Part shown: positions 1-8,994 of the stretch, one piece after another | Numbering within the stretch: position 1 is the stretch's first letter | How the letters are laid out: every line of letters starts with the position of its first letter | Origin: an uncultured Chloroflexia bacterium | GTDB taxonomy: Bacteria > Chloroflexota > Limnocylindria > Limnocylindrales > CSP1-4 | Length of the DNA: 64,000 bases | Assembly: GCA_963816135.1 (NCBI GenBank) | Contig: CAWFJD010000014.1 | Span: forward strand, 16,687 to 80,686 | Direction of reading: 5' to 3' | Position numbers and translations under genes: made by a program | The notes under the pieces: model-generated | Database searches by the model: none | The model's input: only the letters and a program-made list of their open reading frames with translations | What the model was told of the DNA's origin: nothing

Positions 1-2
1 CG

Positions 3-537
3 GACGTCGAGGTCGTCACCTCGCCGTTCGAGACATGGCAGCCGTCAGAGGGCGACTTCGATGCCGTGGTGGCCTTCACAGCTTTTCACTGGATAGATCC
101 GCCGTCCGCTTCTCCAGGACCGCCGGGTTGCTTCGCAAGCGGGGTCGACTCGCGGTGGTTACCGTCGAACACGTTCTGCCGCCCGGCGGCGATGATTTCT
201 TCCTCGACGTCCAGGCCGATTACCAGGCGGTCGTGCCAGACGACCCGGCGTCCTGGGCCGCCGGGCCTACCGATCCCAACTCGATCGAGGATCTCAGCCG
301 CGAGATCGCCGAGAGCGGTCTATTCGGGAACATCGCGACACGCCGATATGTGTCGGACGTTGCTTACGGACCCGAGGGCATGGCCGGTCGCTCGAGACCT
401 ACTCGGGCCATCGCGCGCTCGATGCGCCGACTCGAGCCGCGCTGCTCGTGCGTATTCGCGATCGCATCCGAGAGCGCCCGGGCGGGCAGGTTCGCAAGAG
501 CTATCTGGCGATCCTGAATGTCGCGGAGCGACACTGA
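3..537 (+). pseudogene. Class I SAM-dependent methyltransferase, C-terminal part (5' end lies outside the window); 2 frame breaks as assembled
   Basis: Three frames stitch into one family-typical sequence: DVEVVTSPFETWQPSEGDFDAVVAFTAFHWIDP, then RLAVVTVEHVLPPGGDDFFLDVQADYQAVVPDD...IATRRYV (ORF 35-517), then ETYSGHRALDAPTRAALLVRIRDRIRERPGGQVRKSYLAILNVAERH with stop TGA at 535-537. Confidence 0.6.
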
Positions 538-1902
538 GCGGTGCCTGAACCCGTCAGGTTCACCTTGCATCTTCGCCCCGGCAGCGGAACGAGTCTCAGG
601 GCAGGCTGCCGGACGACGTCGTCGAAGATGTCGATCTTCGTGATCGGCTTTGCCGTCGGCCCGGGCGAGCTCAGGAACGATGGGCCGGGGCCGTCGCCAC
701 TGGGGAACTGGAACAGTGTGAAGAACGTGTCGGCGGTCGTATAGACAGGCAATTCGTTGGGGTAGATTCGGTAGGTCTTTCCCGAGACCGTCCTGTCTTC
801 CGGCCGGGGATCCAACACCCCCGGCTCGAAGTCAAGGAACGCTCGCTCCATCTGCGCCCCCGTTGCACCCTTCACCTTGACCGCGACCAGCATCAGGTTC
901 TTGAGCGGCAGGTCCTGGGCAACGGCGATCGCGACGGTCGCGTCGGCGTCCGTCTTGCCCAGGCACACGGTGAAGATCTTGGGGTAGACGCCGAGGTAGG
1001 GATCCTGGACAGCGGCGTCGCCAACGATGGACAGCCGCTGGGTCGGATAGCCGAGGATCGTCGCGGGCAGTGCCTGTTCGAGCGGGTAATCTCGCTCGAA
1101 CGTCGCGTCCGGGCCGTACGAAGCCGTCGGCCAAGCCCCCGTCCCGTGGTAGCACGAATCCTTCCGAATGTCGTCCGATGGATTGAGCGGGTCCTCCCGG
1201 CTGCGAGCTCCGAACCGTCCGCTTCCCCGCCCGAGTCGGTGTCGGGATTTTGCCAATCGGTCCCGGCGGCGAGCTCCTTGGCCAGACTCAAGCCGTCGCC
1301 GTCCCCGTCGGATGAGCCTATTCCGGGTGCGTCAGGCGGCTCGATGCCCAGATACTTCACGGCCTGGTCCGTAACGCCATCGCCGTTGCTGTCGATGCCG
1401 GGAGCAAGCTCGATCGTCGCGGATCCGCGCATCGTGAAGGGCGCCTTGTCGTGCCCGCTCCCGGTAGCCATGACATCGACGACATACTTGCCCGGCAGCG
1501 AGGTCGCCCAGACACTTTCGCCATAGGTGCCGTCATAGCCCGAAGGATCGTCCGCGGTCCCAACGTCCGGGATCGGGAAGCGACGCACCTTGCCCGATGG
1601 GTCCGTGATGGCAGCCACAACTATGCCGTCACTGATGGGGCCGCCGGCGTCAGATGGCGTGACCAGGATCGAGAGCGGCATTCCGGCGTCCCCGCTTGGC
1701 TTGACGACGATCTTCAGTCCAGGTGACGTCGTCGGGCGCGCAGTGTTCGACGGCGACGAAGTCTGCGACGGGGGCGAACTCGGAACGTCCGACGTGTCGG
1801 GGGACGCGGTGTCCACGCCCACGCATGCCGAAACGGCGACCAACAGGGTACACGCCCGATACCGGCCAATCGCCGGCTCGTCGTCCCATTGCTCAGCTTC
1901 AT
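501..1902 (-). pseudogene. Secreted lipoprotein with Asp-rich thrombospondin-type-3-like Ca-binding loops; at least 2 frame breaks
   Basis: ORF 893-1843 has a lipobox-like LLVAVSAC, an S/T/P linker and the loops DSNGDGVTD, SSDGDGDGLS and DTDSGGEADGSE. It continues after a shift near 1200 into ORF 501-1256 (DPLNPSDD..CYHGTGAWP..). The ATG at 1902 (MKLSNGTTSRRLAGIG) joins the signal peptide only through a 1-nt shift. The 3' end is uncertain because it overlaps the convergent gene. Confidence 0.5.
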
Positions 1903-2070
1903 CGATCCCCTCCCCTCGCAGCTTGTGCCCTTCGATTTAGCGTCCGCGGCTGGCTCCCGTCAAGGAAATTCAGCGACTCTCGATGGGGCCACTGCCCGAG
2001 GGTGCTCTGCCATCTCTCGGGCTGCTCACCGGAGATCCGGTCCCAAGGGATCGTGCGTCCTGTCCGGGCG

Positions 2071-2262
2071 GTTTGCGTGGGGCGGCAACGATTGACCGAA
2101 GGCGGTCTGGCGGTGGAGTGTTTGTGCTTCCGATGGCAAGGCCTGACCTCCCAAGGAGCATTCCTTGCCGTCCTACGGTTGAGGAAGGGTGGGGCGGCGC
2201 TTCTGTTCATCTGACGGCAAGAACTGGGCCTGGAACGGGCGTCGTTGTCGCGGGACGGCAAG
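2071..2262 (+). repeat. Intergenic ~190-nt element, copy 1 (paralogous to 6040-6232)
   Basis: It aligns colinearly with 6040-6232. Shared blocks are gtttgcgtggggcggcaacgat[t/c]gaccga, gacctcc..attccttgccgt..acggttga, acggcaagaa[c/t]tgg and cgttg.cgc...acggcaa. (G/A)NGGCAA motifs start at 2082, 2133, 2214 and 2255, with an inverted TTGCCGT at 2165. Confidence 0.65.
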
Positions 2263-2458
2263 CGGGCCGCGAGACGGGGTCGCGGGGCGTTCGCGGGACC
2301 GGAAGCGACCGAGACTGGACCGGAACCGAGACCGGACGGGACCAAGGCACTCGCCCCAACACGCCGCGCCCTCAGCCGGTCCGGTTGCGAAATACACTCA
2401 CCACAACAGGACGGCCCGCACCCTCTGCCGCGCCCGTCACAACACTCCCGGAGGCATC

Positions 2459-4637
2459 ATGCCCGTAGCCCGAGCATCCCAGTGTTTCCAGCGGCGAGCG
2501 CACGGTGCCGCGGTCGCTGCAGCCCGACGACCTGTACCGCCTGCGCGTTCCTTCCCAGGTCCGACTCGCGCCCGACGGACGGCTCGCGGTGTTCGCCCTG
2601 CAGGCGGCCGCGGCCAGCCGCGACGGCTACATCCACTCGATCTGGGGCGTGCCGACGGACGGAAGCGAGGAGCCCCGCCAGCTCACCGCGGCGCCTGGCA
2701 CGACACATCGCCCGAGATCTCGCCGGACGGGCGGCTGATGGCGTTCCTGTCGGACCGGCGAACACAGGTCGAGCCCGCGCCCGGCCGAGAGAAGCCTCGG
2801 GCAAGGCCAAGAACCGCGAGGACGTCGTCCAGGTCTACGTCTTGCCGCTCGACCGCCCGGGCGAGGCGCGGCGGGTCACGGATCTTCCGCGCGGCGTAAC
2901 GAGCTTCGAGTGGTCGCCCGATGGCAAGCGCCTCGCGGTGCTGAGCCCGTCGGCCGGGGCGACAAAGGATGAGGACCGCCGGCGACGCGGCATCGACGAG
3001 CCGGCCGCCGACGGAATGCCGACATCGGACTACCGATACGTGGACCGGCTCTCGTTCCTCCACAACGGCAGCGGCTTCGTCTACGACAGCCACCCGCAGC
3101 TCTGGGTCGTGGACCTCGAGACCGGCGATGCCCGTCGCCTCACGAACGTCGACTGGTCCGTGGACATGCCGGCCTGGTCGCCCGATGGCAAGCGGATCGC
3201 GTACTGCACGAACGAGCGGCGCGACGCCGACTTCGACCCGCGCTCGCACATCTTCGTCGTCGACGTCGACTCCGGTCGCCGCACGCGCATCACGGACGCC
3301 GGCAGAGCGGATTTCGCGGCACCGACCTGGCTTCCCGACGGCCGGACGATCGCCTGCCTGGGCCACCGCTACCCTGCCCACGCCGGCAGCCGGTCCGACG
3401 TCTGGCTCTTCACGGCCGACGGCTCCGACTCGGGGCGGGACGGCGGTCGCAATCTATCGGCCCGCCACGACCTCATGCCCGCGACGTCGATGAACAGCGA
3501 CATCACGCCGGGCGAGTCGGCGCGTTTGGTGGCCTCCGCGGACGGTGCGTGGATCACATTCACCGCCCCTCGCGACGGCTCATACGAGCTGTGGCGCATC
3601 GCCACGGGCGACGGCCGGCTCGAACGGCTGACCGAGGGCCGGCAATACGTCTCGGGCTTCGACCAGATCGACGTCGATGGCCAGCCCTCGCCTGGCGTTC
3701 ATCCGCTCGACGCCGACCGAGCTGCCGGACGTCTGGGTCCAGTCGGGCGGTGAGGCGCCGCGCCGCCTGAGCCGTCTGAACGACCTGGTGCTCGACGGAC
3801 GTCGAGCTCGTCGAGCCGGTCGAGCGCTCGTACGAGGTCGACGGGCGGCGGATCCAGGGCTGGCTGATCGAGGCCGCCGAATCGTCGGGCTTTCGCCGGC
3901 CCGGCCCGCTCGTGGTCGAGATCCACGGCGGTCCGCAGACGCAGTACGGCTGGTCGCCCGTGCTCGAGTTCCAGATCCTGGCGGGAACCGGGATGAGCGT
4001 CTTCTACTGCAATCCGCGCGGCTCCACCGGCTACGGCCAGGGTTTCGCGGATGCGAACTTCCGCGATTGGGGCGACGGGCCGACGCGGGACGTCCTCGCC
4101 GGCGTGGACGCGCTCGTCGCCGAGGGCATCGCGGACGGCCGACAGCTCGGCGTCACCGGGGGCTCGTATGGCGGCTACCTGACGAACTGGATCATCGGGC
4201 ACGATCACCGCTTTGCGGCGGCGTTCACGGCACGGTCGGTGAGCGACATGACGTCGCTCATGCTGACCGGCGACCTCGCCGGCATCGATCCGGTGATGTT
4301 CATCGGCGCGAACCCGTGGGATGAGCCGGAGTTCTACCGCGAGGCGTCGCCGATCACGTACATCGCGTCGTGCACAACGCCGCTCCTGATCCAGCACGCG
4401 GAAAAAGACCTCCGCTGCCCGATCGGCCAGGCCGAGGAACTGTTCGCCGTCCTGCGCGCCCACCGGCGGCCGGTCCGGTTCATGCGCGTCCCCGGGGAGA
4501 ACCACGAACTCACGCGTGGCGGCACGCCGTTCCGCCGCGTCGAGAACCTCATCCAGGTCCGCGACTGGTTCCGCCACTTCCTCGTCTACGGCAAGCGGCG
4601 CCTCCCGCCCCTGCCGCGTGAGCGCGCCGGCAAGTAG
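2459..4637 (+). pseudogene. S9 family serine peptidase (beta-propeller N-domain plus alpha/beta-hydrolase; prolyl oligopeptidase/acylaminoacyl-peptidase type); about 5 frame breaks
   Basis: Start is GGAGG plus ATG at 2459. The stitched pieces are PRSLQPDDLYRLRVPSQVRLAPDGRLAVF, WHDTSPEISPDGRLMAFLSD, ORF 2245-3753 (repeated SPDGKR propeller blades) and ORF 3912-4637 with the nucleophile motif GGSYGG, ...HAEKD... and PGENHEL. Frames used are 2>0>2>1>2>0. Confidence 0.85.
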
Positions 4638-4969
4638 CGGCGGGCCGTGCTCAGATCCCGGTCGGTATACGCCGATTCGTGCGATAACGGTCAACCTCAC
4701 TTTGAGTCCGCCTGTCGTCGGGACCAAGGTCGAGATCTGGGCCCGCTCCTGCGGGCCGGATGGTCCGAGAAAGGCATGCAGAGTCGGGCGGCCGGACCCG
4801 GCGAGCCCTTCCACCGGCTGCGGCGCAGTGCGATCATTGGCCCGTGGACCTGTCGGATTCGCCCGAAGGTAAACACGAAGGCAGGCCGTCATTCCCCCGA
4901 CGGTCTGCTGAACCCGGAGGCCACGGCGCAGGTGGTCGGGCCTTCACCGGTAATACGCTGCTGCTCGGA

Positions 4970-5677
4970 TTGCCGGCATCGAGTCTCCGACCTTTTGAGC
5001 CGCTGGTCCGGCACATCGCCTTGTCGCTCCATCAAACCGTCATCACCACGGGCGACGCCATTTCCTTCGTGTATTTCCCGGAGACGGTCGTCTTCTCCGA
5101 GGTCGTTCGTCTTCGCGACGGCGCGATGGCCGAGATCAATCTCGTCGGCCGAGAGGGCATGGCCGGACTGGAGGCCTATCTCGGCGCCCCGACGGCGAGT
5201 CTCGACGTCATGACCCTGGTCGCCGGAACCGCTCTCCAGATGCCCCTGGACGCGCTCACTCAGTTGGCGAACGACGATCCCGCGCTTCGGCGGAGCCTGA
5301 ACCTGTACGCACAGGCCGTGCACAACGTCCGAGCGATCGCCGCCGCCTGTGATCGGCTTCACCCGGTCCATACGCGGCTCGTCCGTTGGCTGCTTCGGAC
5401 CCACGATCGACTCGACGTCGACGACTTCGTGCTCACGCAGGACGATATCGCGAGCCTGCTCGGCGTAGCCCGGCAAACCGTGACCGCCAATGCCCTGCTC
5501 CTCCAGGAAGCCGGGTTGATCAGGTACGCGCACGGACGACTTCATCTCCTGGATCGCCCCGGGATCGAGCGCCTGGCCTGCGAGTGCTACTGGAACCTCA
5601 ACGCCCAGTGGGAGCGGCTGCCCGAGGAGGCCGCCGACCGGGAAACGGGACAGTCGAGCCTTTCGTCGGGTAAATGA
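4970..5677 (+). CDS. Crp/Fnr family transcriptional regulator (start uncertain, may lie slightly upstream)
   Basis: This is the C-terminal two thirds of ORF 4760-5677. It has a cNMP-binding-like region (LHQTVITTGDAISFVYFPETVVFSEV) and a C-terminal HTH (LTQDDIASLLGVARQTVTANALLLQEAGLIRY). TTG at 4970 is the first canonical in-frame start after Arg/Gly-rich junk. Confidence 0.75.
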   Translation: MPASSLRPFEPLVRHIALSLHQTVITTGDAISFVYFPETVVFSEVVRLRDGAMAEINLVGREGMAGLEAYLGAPTASLDVMTLVAGTALQMPLDALTQLANDDPALRRSLNLYAQAVHNVRAIAAACDRLHPVHTRLVRWLLRTHDRLDVDDFVLTQDDIASLLGVARQTVTANALLLQEAGLIRYAHGRLHLLDRPGIERLACECYWNLNAQWERLPEEAADRETGQSSLSSGK

Positions 5678-5761
5678 CCGAACTGGCTGTCAGTCGAGGA
5701 GTATTCCGAGGGGTGCCGGGTCGGGCGGATGTCCGGACCCGGTAGAAACGCAAGGTATCCA

Positions 5762-5990
5762 ATGACGATCTTCGAAAACGTGGTCCTCGGCGGCGCCATG
5801 TACAGCCTGCTCGGGCTCTTCTGGGCGGCGGTCCTTCTAGTGGCCGTACTGCCATTCGCGCTCGCCATGGGCCTGCGCAGACTCGCCGGCGGCGATCCAC
5901 ACAGGAATGCCGCGCGGGACCCACGGTACGCGCGACCGGCACGGCCGGCACGGCCGGCACGCCTACCAGACCCACTAGACGCTCGGCCGT
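5762..5990 (+). CDS. Possible small membrane protein (end not defined; no in-frame stop)
   Basis: ATG at 5762 encodes MTIFENVVLGGAMYSLLGLFWAAVLLVAVLPFALAMGLRRL, a ~30-aa hydrophobic stretch. It is followed by a 9-nt x3 repeat (ARPARPARP, 5936-5962) and a hairpin at 5982-5997. The frame then runs on into non-coding repeat sequence. Confidence 0.2.
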
Positions 5991-6021
5991 GGCCGAGCTG
6001 TAGCTGGGTCAGGGCGGGGGC

Positions 6022-6232
6022 GTTTGCGTGGGGCGGGGGGTTTGCGTGGGGCGGCAACGATCGACCGACCACGCCTCGGGTGTCGATCCATAACCGGTCC
6101 ACGGCAATTCCCGACCTCCGGACGGCAATTCCTTGCCGTACCACGGTTGATGGCCGGGATTCGTGGCGGTTCTGCCCGTCCCACGGCAAGAATTGGAGGC
6201 CGCACGCCGCGCCGTTGCCGCCCCACGGCAAT
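6022..6232 (+). repeat. Intergenic ~190-nt element, copy 2 (core 6040-6232 plus an 18-nt local duplication of its 5' end at 6022-6039)
   Basis: ACGGCAA-type motifs start at 6051, 6101, 6122, 6183 and 6225, giving spacings of 50, 21, 61 and 42 nt. Inverted copies sit at 6133 and 6215. The ends are inverted repeats: GCGTGGGGCGGCAACG (6044-6059) and CGTTGCCGCCCCACGG (about 6213-6228). Confidence 0.65.
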
Positions 6233-6267
6233 GGCACCAGGGCATCGGGGCGTCAGCACCATCTGGC

Positions 6268-6300
6268 CTCGCCGCTCGCCGCTCGCTGCTCGCCGCTCGG
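6268..6300. repeat. Heptanucleotide tandem repeat CTCGCCG x ~4.7
   Basis: Read directly as ctcgccg ctcgccg ctcgctg ctcgccg ctcgg, about 85 nt upstream of the ECF sigma start codon. Confidence 0.75.
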
Positions 6301-6384
6301 AGATTGGCTCAGCGGAATAAGAGGTAACGCGGCCTCGCCTGCTGCCAATACCCTTGTGACAGCGGTCGTAAGGCAGAGGCGAAC

Positions 6385-7008
6385 GTGGAAGCGGACGAGC
6401 GGACGGACGAGGAACTGGTGGTCGCGATCGCGGCCGGGCCCGGCGCCTTGCCCGAGTTCTACCGCCGCCATGTTGGCCGAATCATGGCCGCCGGGGCAAA
6501 GCGGTTCCGAGAGCCGGCGGACGTGGCGGACTTCACCGCCGCGGTCTTCCTTCGGGTCCTGGAGTCGGCTCCCCGGTTCGATCCGCGGCGCGGCAACGCC
6601 GTCGCGTGGCTTTACGGCATCGCCAACCACGTCTCGTCGGAAGAGAAGCGCCGGCAGACGCAGGCCTATCGGACGGAGCTGCGCATCTCGGGCCGCGACC
6701 TCCTCGCCGACGACGACATCGAACGCCTGGAAAACCAGATCGACGCATCGGCCGACGCGCGCGCGGTCTACGAAGCGCTCGAGAACCTGCCAGGCGGCGA
6801 CAGGCAACTCCTCGAACTGATCGCTGTCGACGGCCTGAGCCCGGCCCAAGCCGCCCGAATCCTCGGCATCTCGGGCATCGCGGCTCGGGTTCGACTGCAT
6901 CGCAGCCGCCGGCGCCTGCGCGAGCTACTTGCCACCAACGACGCGGCCGACACCAGAGCCGGAACCCGGCTTCGGCGCCCGCGGACAGCACAGGGGAGCG
7001 ATCGATGA
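6385..7008 (+). CDS. ECF-type RNA polymerase sigma-70 family factor
   Basis: ORF 6385-7008 (GTG start, AGAGG 5 nt upstream). It has region 2 (FYRRHVGRIMAAGAKRF..DVADFTAAVFLRV.., AWLYGIANH) and a region 4 HTH (LENLPGGDRQLLELIAVDGLSPAQAARILGISGIAARVRLHRSRRRLRELL). Confidence 0.9.
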   Translation: MEADERTDEELVVAIAAGPGALPEFYRRHVGRIMAAGAKRFREPADVADFTAAVFLRVLESAPRFDPRRGNAVAWLYGIANHVSSEEKRRQTQAYRTELRISGRDLLADDDIERLENQIDASADARAVYEALENLPGGDRQLLELIAVDGLSPAQAARILGISGIAARVRLHRSRRRLRELLATNDAADTRAGTRLRRPRTAQGSDR

Positions 7009-7779
7009 GCACGCGAGAACAGGATTTCGAAGGCGGTTTCGAAAGCCGCCTGCTGGCCGAATTGACCGAGGTCGACCGGGTCCGGCCGGCCGCCGGCAAG
7101 GCGCCGGCCCACGGTTCGAAGAAGGTTCGACCTTCGCGAACCTTCCGCTTGCGCTGGCAGGGAGCGGCCGTGGGCCTGGTAGGCGCGCTCGTCGTCGCCG
7201 GGGCCGTGGTGGCTTCCGGCGTCCTGAGCCCGAGCTACTTCGAGGCCAGCCGGATGGTCATTCCGGGCGAGCAGGTGGGCATGAAGGGCTCGGGCTGCGC
7301 GGCCGGCACGACGGTCACGATCACGATGGACGGCCGCGAGTTCGGGACCGCCACGAGCAACCAGTGGGGCGCCTTCGATTTCCAGCGCGACCTCCCAGCC
7401 GGGATTTCGATGGGCAAGCATGCCCTCCAGGCCACATGCACCGGCGGCAACGGCGCGAGCGTCGTCCAGAACACCGATTTCGCGGTGGTGACCGCTCGGC
7501 CCACGTCGCCGCCCGCGATCGACGTCTCCGGGCACATGACTCCCGGCGGCGAGGTGTGGGTCAAGGGCGGGCCGGCGAAGGCCAACACCACGATATCCAT
7601 ACTTCTCGACGGGCAGCCGTTCGGCACGGCGGTGTCCGACTCCAACGGCAGCTTTGCCGTGGCCCTGACTCTCTCCTCGACGGTCGCGGCCGGTAGCCAC
7701 GATGTCCAAGTCGTGGCCACGGCACCGGGCCGGCGACGCCTTCGACGAGCACTTCGAGATCCAGGTCGCCGGCCACTGA
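7005..7779 (+). pseudogene. Sigma-coupled single-pass membrane protein with two Ig-like repeats (possible non-canonical anti-sigma factor); 1 frame break near 7727
   Basis: ATG at 7005 overlaps the sigma stop (ATGA). There is a TM segment AAVGLVGALVVAGAVVASGVL. Two similar modules follow (GTTVTITMDGREFGTATSNQWGAFDF.. and NTTISILLDGQPFGTAVSDSNGSFAV..). The C-terminus GDAFDEHFEIQVAGH with stop at 7777-7779 needs a frame shift. Confidence 0.6.
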
Positions 7780-7930
7780 CACGCCGGCGATTTATGGCGG
7801 CGGCCGGGGCACGGGTCATCCCGAGGCTCCGGCCGCTTCATCGTGCGGGCCCTTCCGGCGACGGTGCCCGACCGCAACTACGTAAGGCGATCTGCCACTT
7901 TTCCCTTACAGTCAGGTACTTGCAGACACG

Positions 7931-7958
7931 TTGACACAATGTCTGTTAGGCACATACT
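7931..7958 (+). promoter_or_regulatory. Putative sigma-70-type promoter (TTGACA, 16 nt, CATACT)
   Basis: Located in a local AT-richer patch. TTGACA is at 7931-7936 and CATACT at 7953-7958, followed by GAGG and ATG at 8003. Confidence 0.3.
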
Positions 7959-8002
7959 CGAGATGTACCCACAGCCAAGCATGGACCCGACAGAGGTTCA
8001 CG

Positions 8003-8229
8003 ATGAGCTCGGTCTCTTACGAGATGGTCACGCTGTTGATGCGCGAGCGTGACGCCGCAGCCGGCTTGCCCCGGCGGTGCAACCCTTCGCGTCGGTCGCC
8101 CGTCCGCTCCGCCGCGAGCGTGGTCGCCCGCTGGGTCCGTCGCGGCCGCAGCGCATAGTCCTGCGGGCGATGGTGGCCGCGGCGATCGCCCTCCTCTCGC
8201 TCGCCCTCGTCATCGCCTCAGCGCGCTGA
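8003..8229 (+). CDS. Possible small tail-anchored membrane protein (needs one frame change near 8155)
   Basis: ATG at 8003 follows a GAGG motif. It encodes MSSVSYEMVTLLMRERDAAAGL..VARWVRRGRS, then in the next frame ..MVAAAIALLSLALVIASAR with stop TGA at 8227-8229. Confidence 0.25.
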
Positions 8230-8237
8230 CCGACGCC

Positions 8238-8906
8238 CTATTCCCCCAGCTCCCAGTCGATCGTCGGCAGGCCGCGCTTCGCGAGCTCGGCGTTGGTCCG
8301 GCGGAAGGGAGCGCTGCCGATGAAGCCCTTGGCCGAGAGCGGCGATGGATGGGCCGACTTGACGATGATGTGCCGGGTTCGATCGATCTTCTGACCGGCG
8401 ACTTTGGCCGGCTCGCCCCAGAGCAGGAACGCGAGCGGGGTTGGCCGGTCGGCCAGGGTCGCCAGCATCGCGGCCGTGAAACCCTTCCATTCGCGCCGGT
8501 GGCTGTTCGGCTTGCCCTCGCGCACCGTCAGGGCGGTGTTGAGCAGCAGAACCCCGTGGCGCGCCCACGGTTCGAGCGTGGCGTCGGCCGGGATCGGATG
8601 GCCGAGGTCCGTCTCGAGTTCCTTGAGGATGTTCACGAGCGAGCGCGGCCGATCGACGCCGGCGCAGACGGAGAAAGCCAGACCGCTCGCCTGGCCCGCT
8701 CGGTAGTAGGGGTCCTGGCCCAGGATCACGGCGCGGACCTCGTCCGGTGGCGTCAGGCGAAGCGCGGCGAACACGTCCTCGTCCGGCGGGAAGACCTGGG
8801 CCACGGCCCGCTCCCCCATCACGAACTCGTCGAGCTTCTCGAGGTCGGCGTCGGACAGCCGGGAGCCGAGGGCGGATCGCCACTCGGCGGGAAGGGTCTG
8901 CATCAT
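8238..8906 (-). CDS. ung: Uracil-DNA glycosylase, family 1
   Basis: ORF 8238-8993 read from the ATG ATG at 8906. Motifs: VILGQDPYYRAGQASGLAFSV (family-1 water-activating loop, with Y where GQDPYH is usual), LLLNTALTV, and HPSPLS. Confidence 0.9.
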   Translation of the reverse strand: MMQTLPAEWRSALGSRLSDADLEKLDEFVMGERAVAQVFPPDEDVFAALRLTPPDEVRAVILGQDPYYRAGQASGLAFSVCAGVDRPRSLVNILKELETDLGHPIPADATLEPWARHGVLLLNTALTVREGKPNSHRREWKGFTAAMLATLADRPTPLAFLLWGEPAKVAGQKIDRTRHIIVKSAHPSPLSAKGFIGSAPFRRTNAELAKRGLPTIDWELGE

Positions 8907-8994
8907 GCCTGCGAGTGTATGCGAGGCGCGACACACCGGCGCGGTGGCGTCGGGGCCGGTTGGCGGCCGTCGCGGGCCGGCCGAGAACGGCACG

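Noticed and set aside
4638-4969. Possible tRNA or other structured RNA in the 330-nt gap before the Crp/Fnr gene, and in other gaps at 33145-33775 and 55754-56075
   Set aside because: I found no T-arm-like GGTTCGAATCC-type sequence or cloverleaf arrangement by eye. I also saw no rRNA, tmRNA, RNase P or SRP signature strings. A covariance-model scan would be needed to be certain.
6040-6232. MITE or mobile-element interpretation of the ~190-nt element
   Set aside because: This is not fully excluded. However, copy 1 lacks the terminal inverted repeat (11/16 match), I see no target-site duplication at either copy, and the window has no transposase. I therefore report it as a repeat or regulatory element rather than a mobile element.
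5587-6820. ORFs 5587-6237(-), 5729-6820(+) and 5975-6262(-) covering the repeat element
   Set aside because: Their translations are Arg/Pro/Gly strings (for example FAWGGGFAWGGND, IVAAPRKPP) that simply mirror the nucleotide repeat. The same peptide fragments recur at copy 1, because the DNA is repeated rather than a gene.
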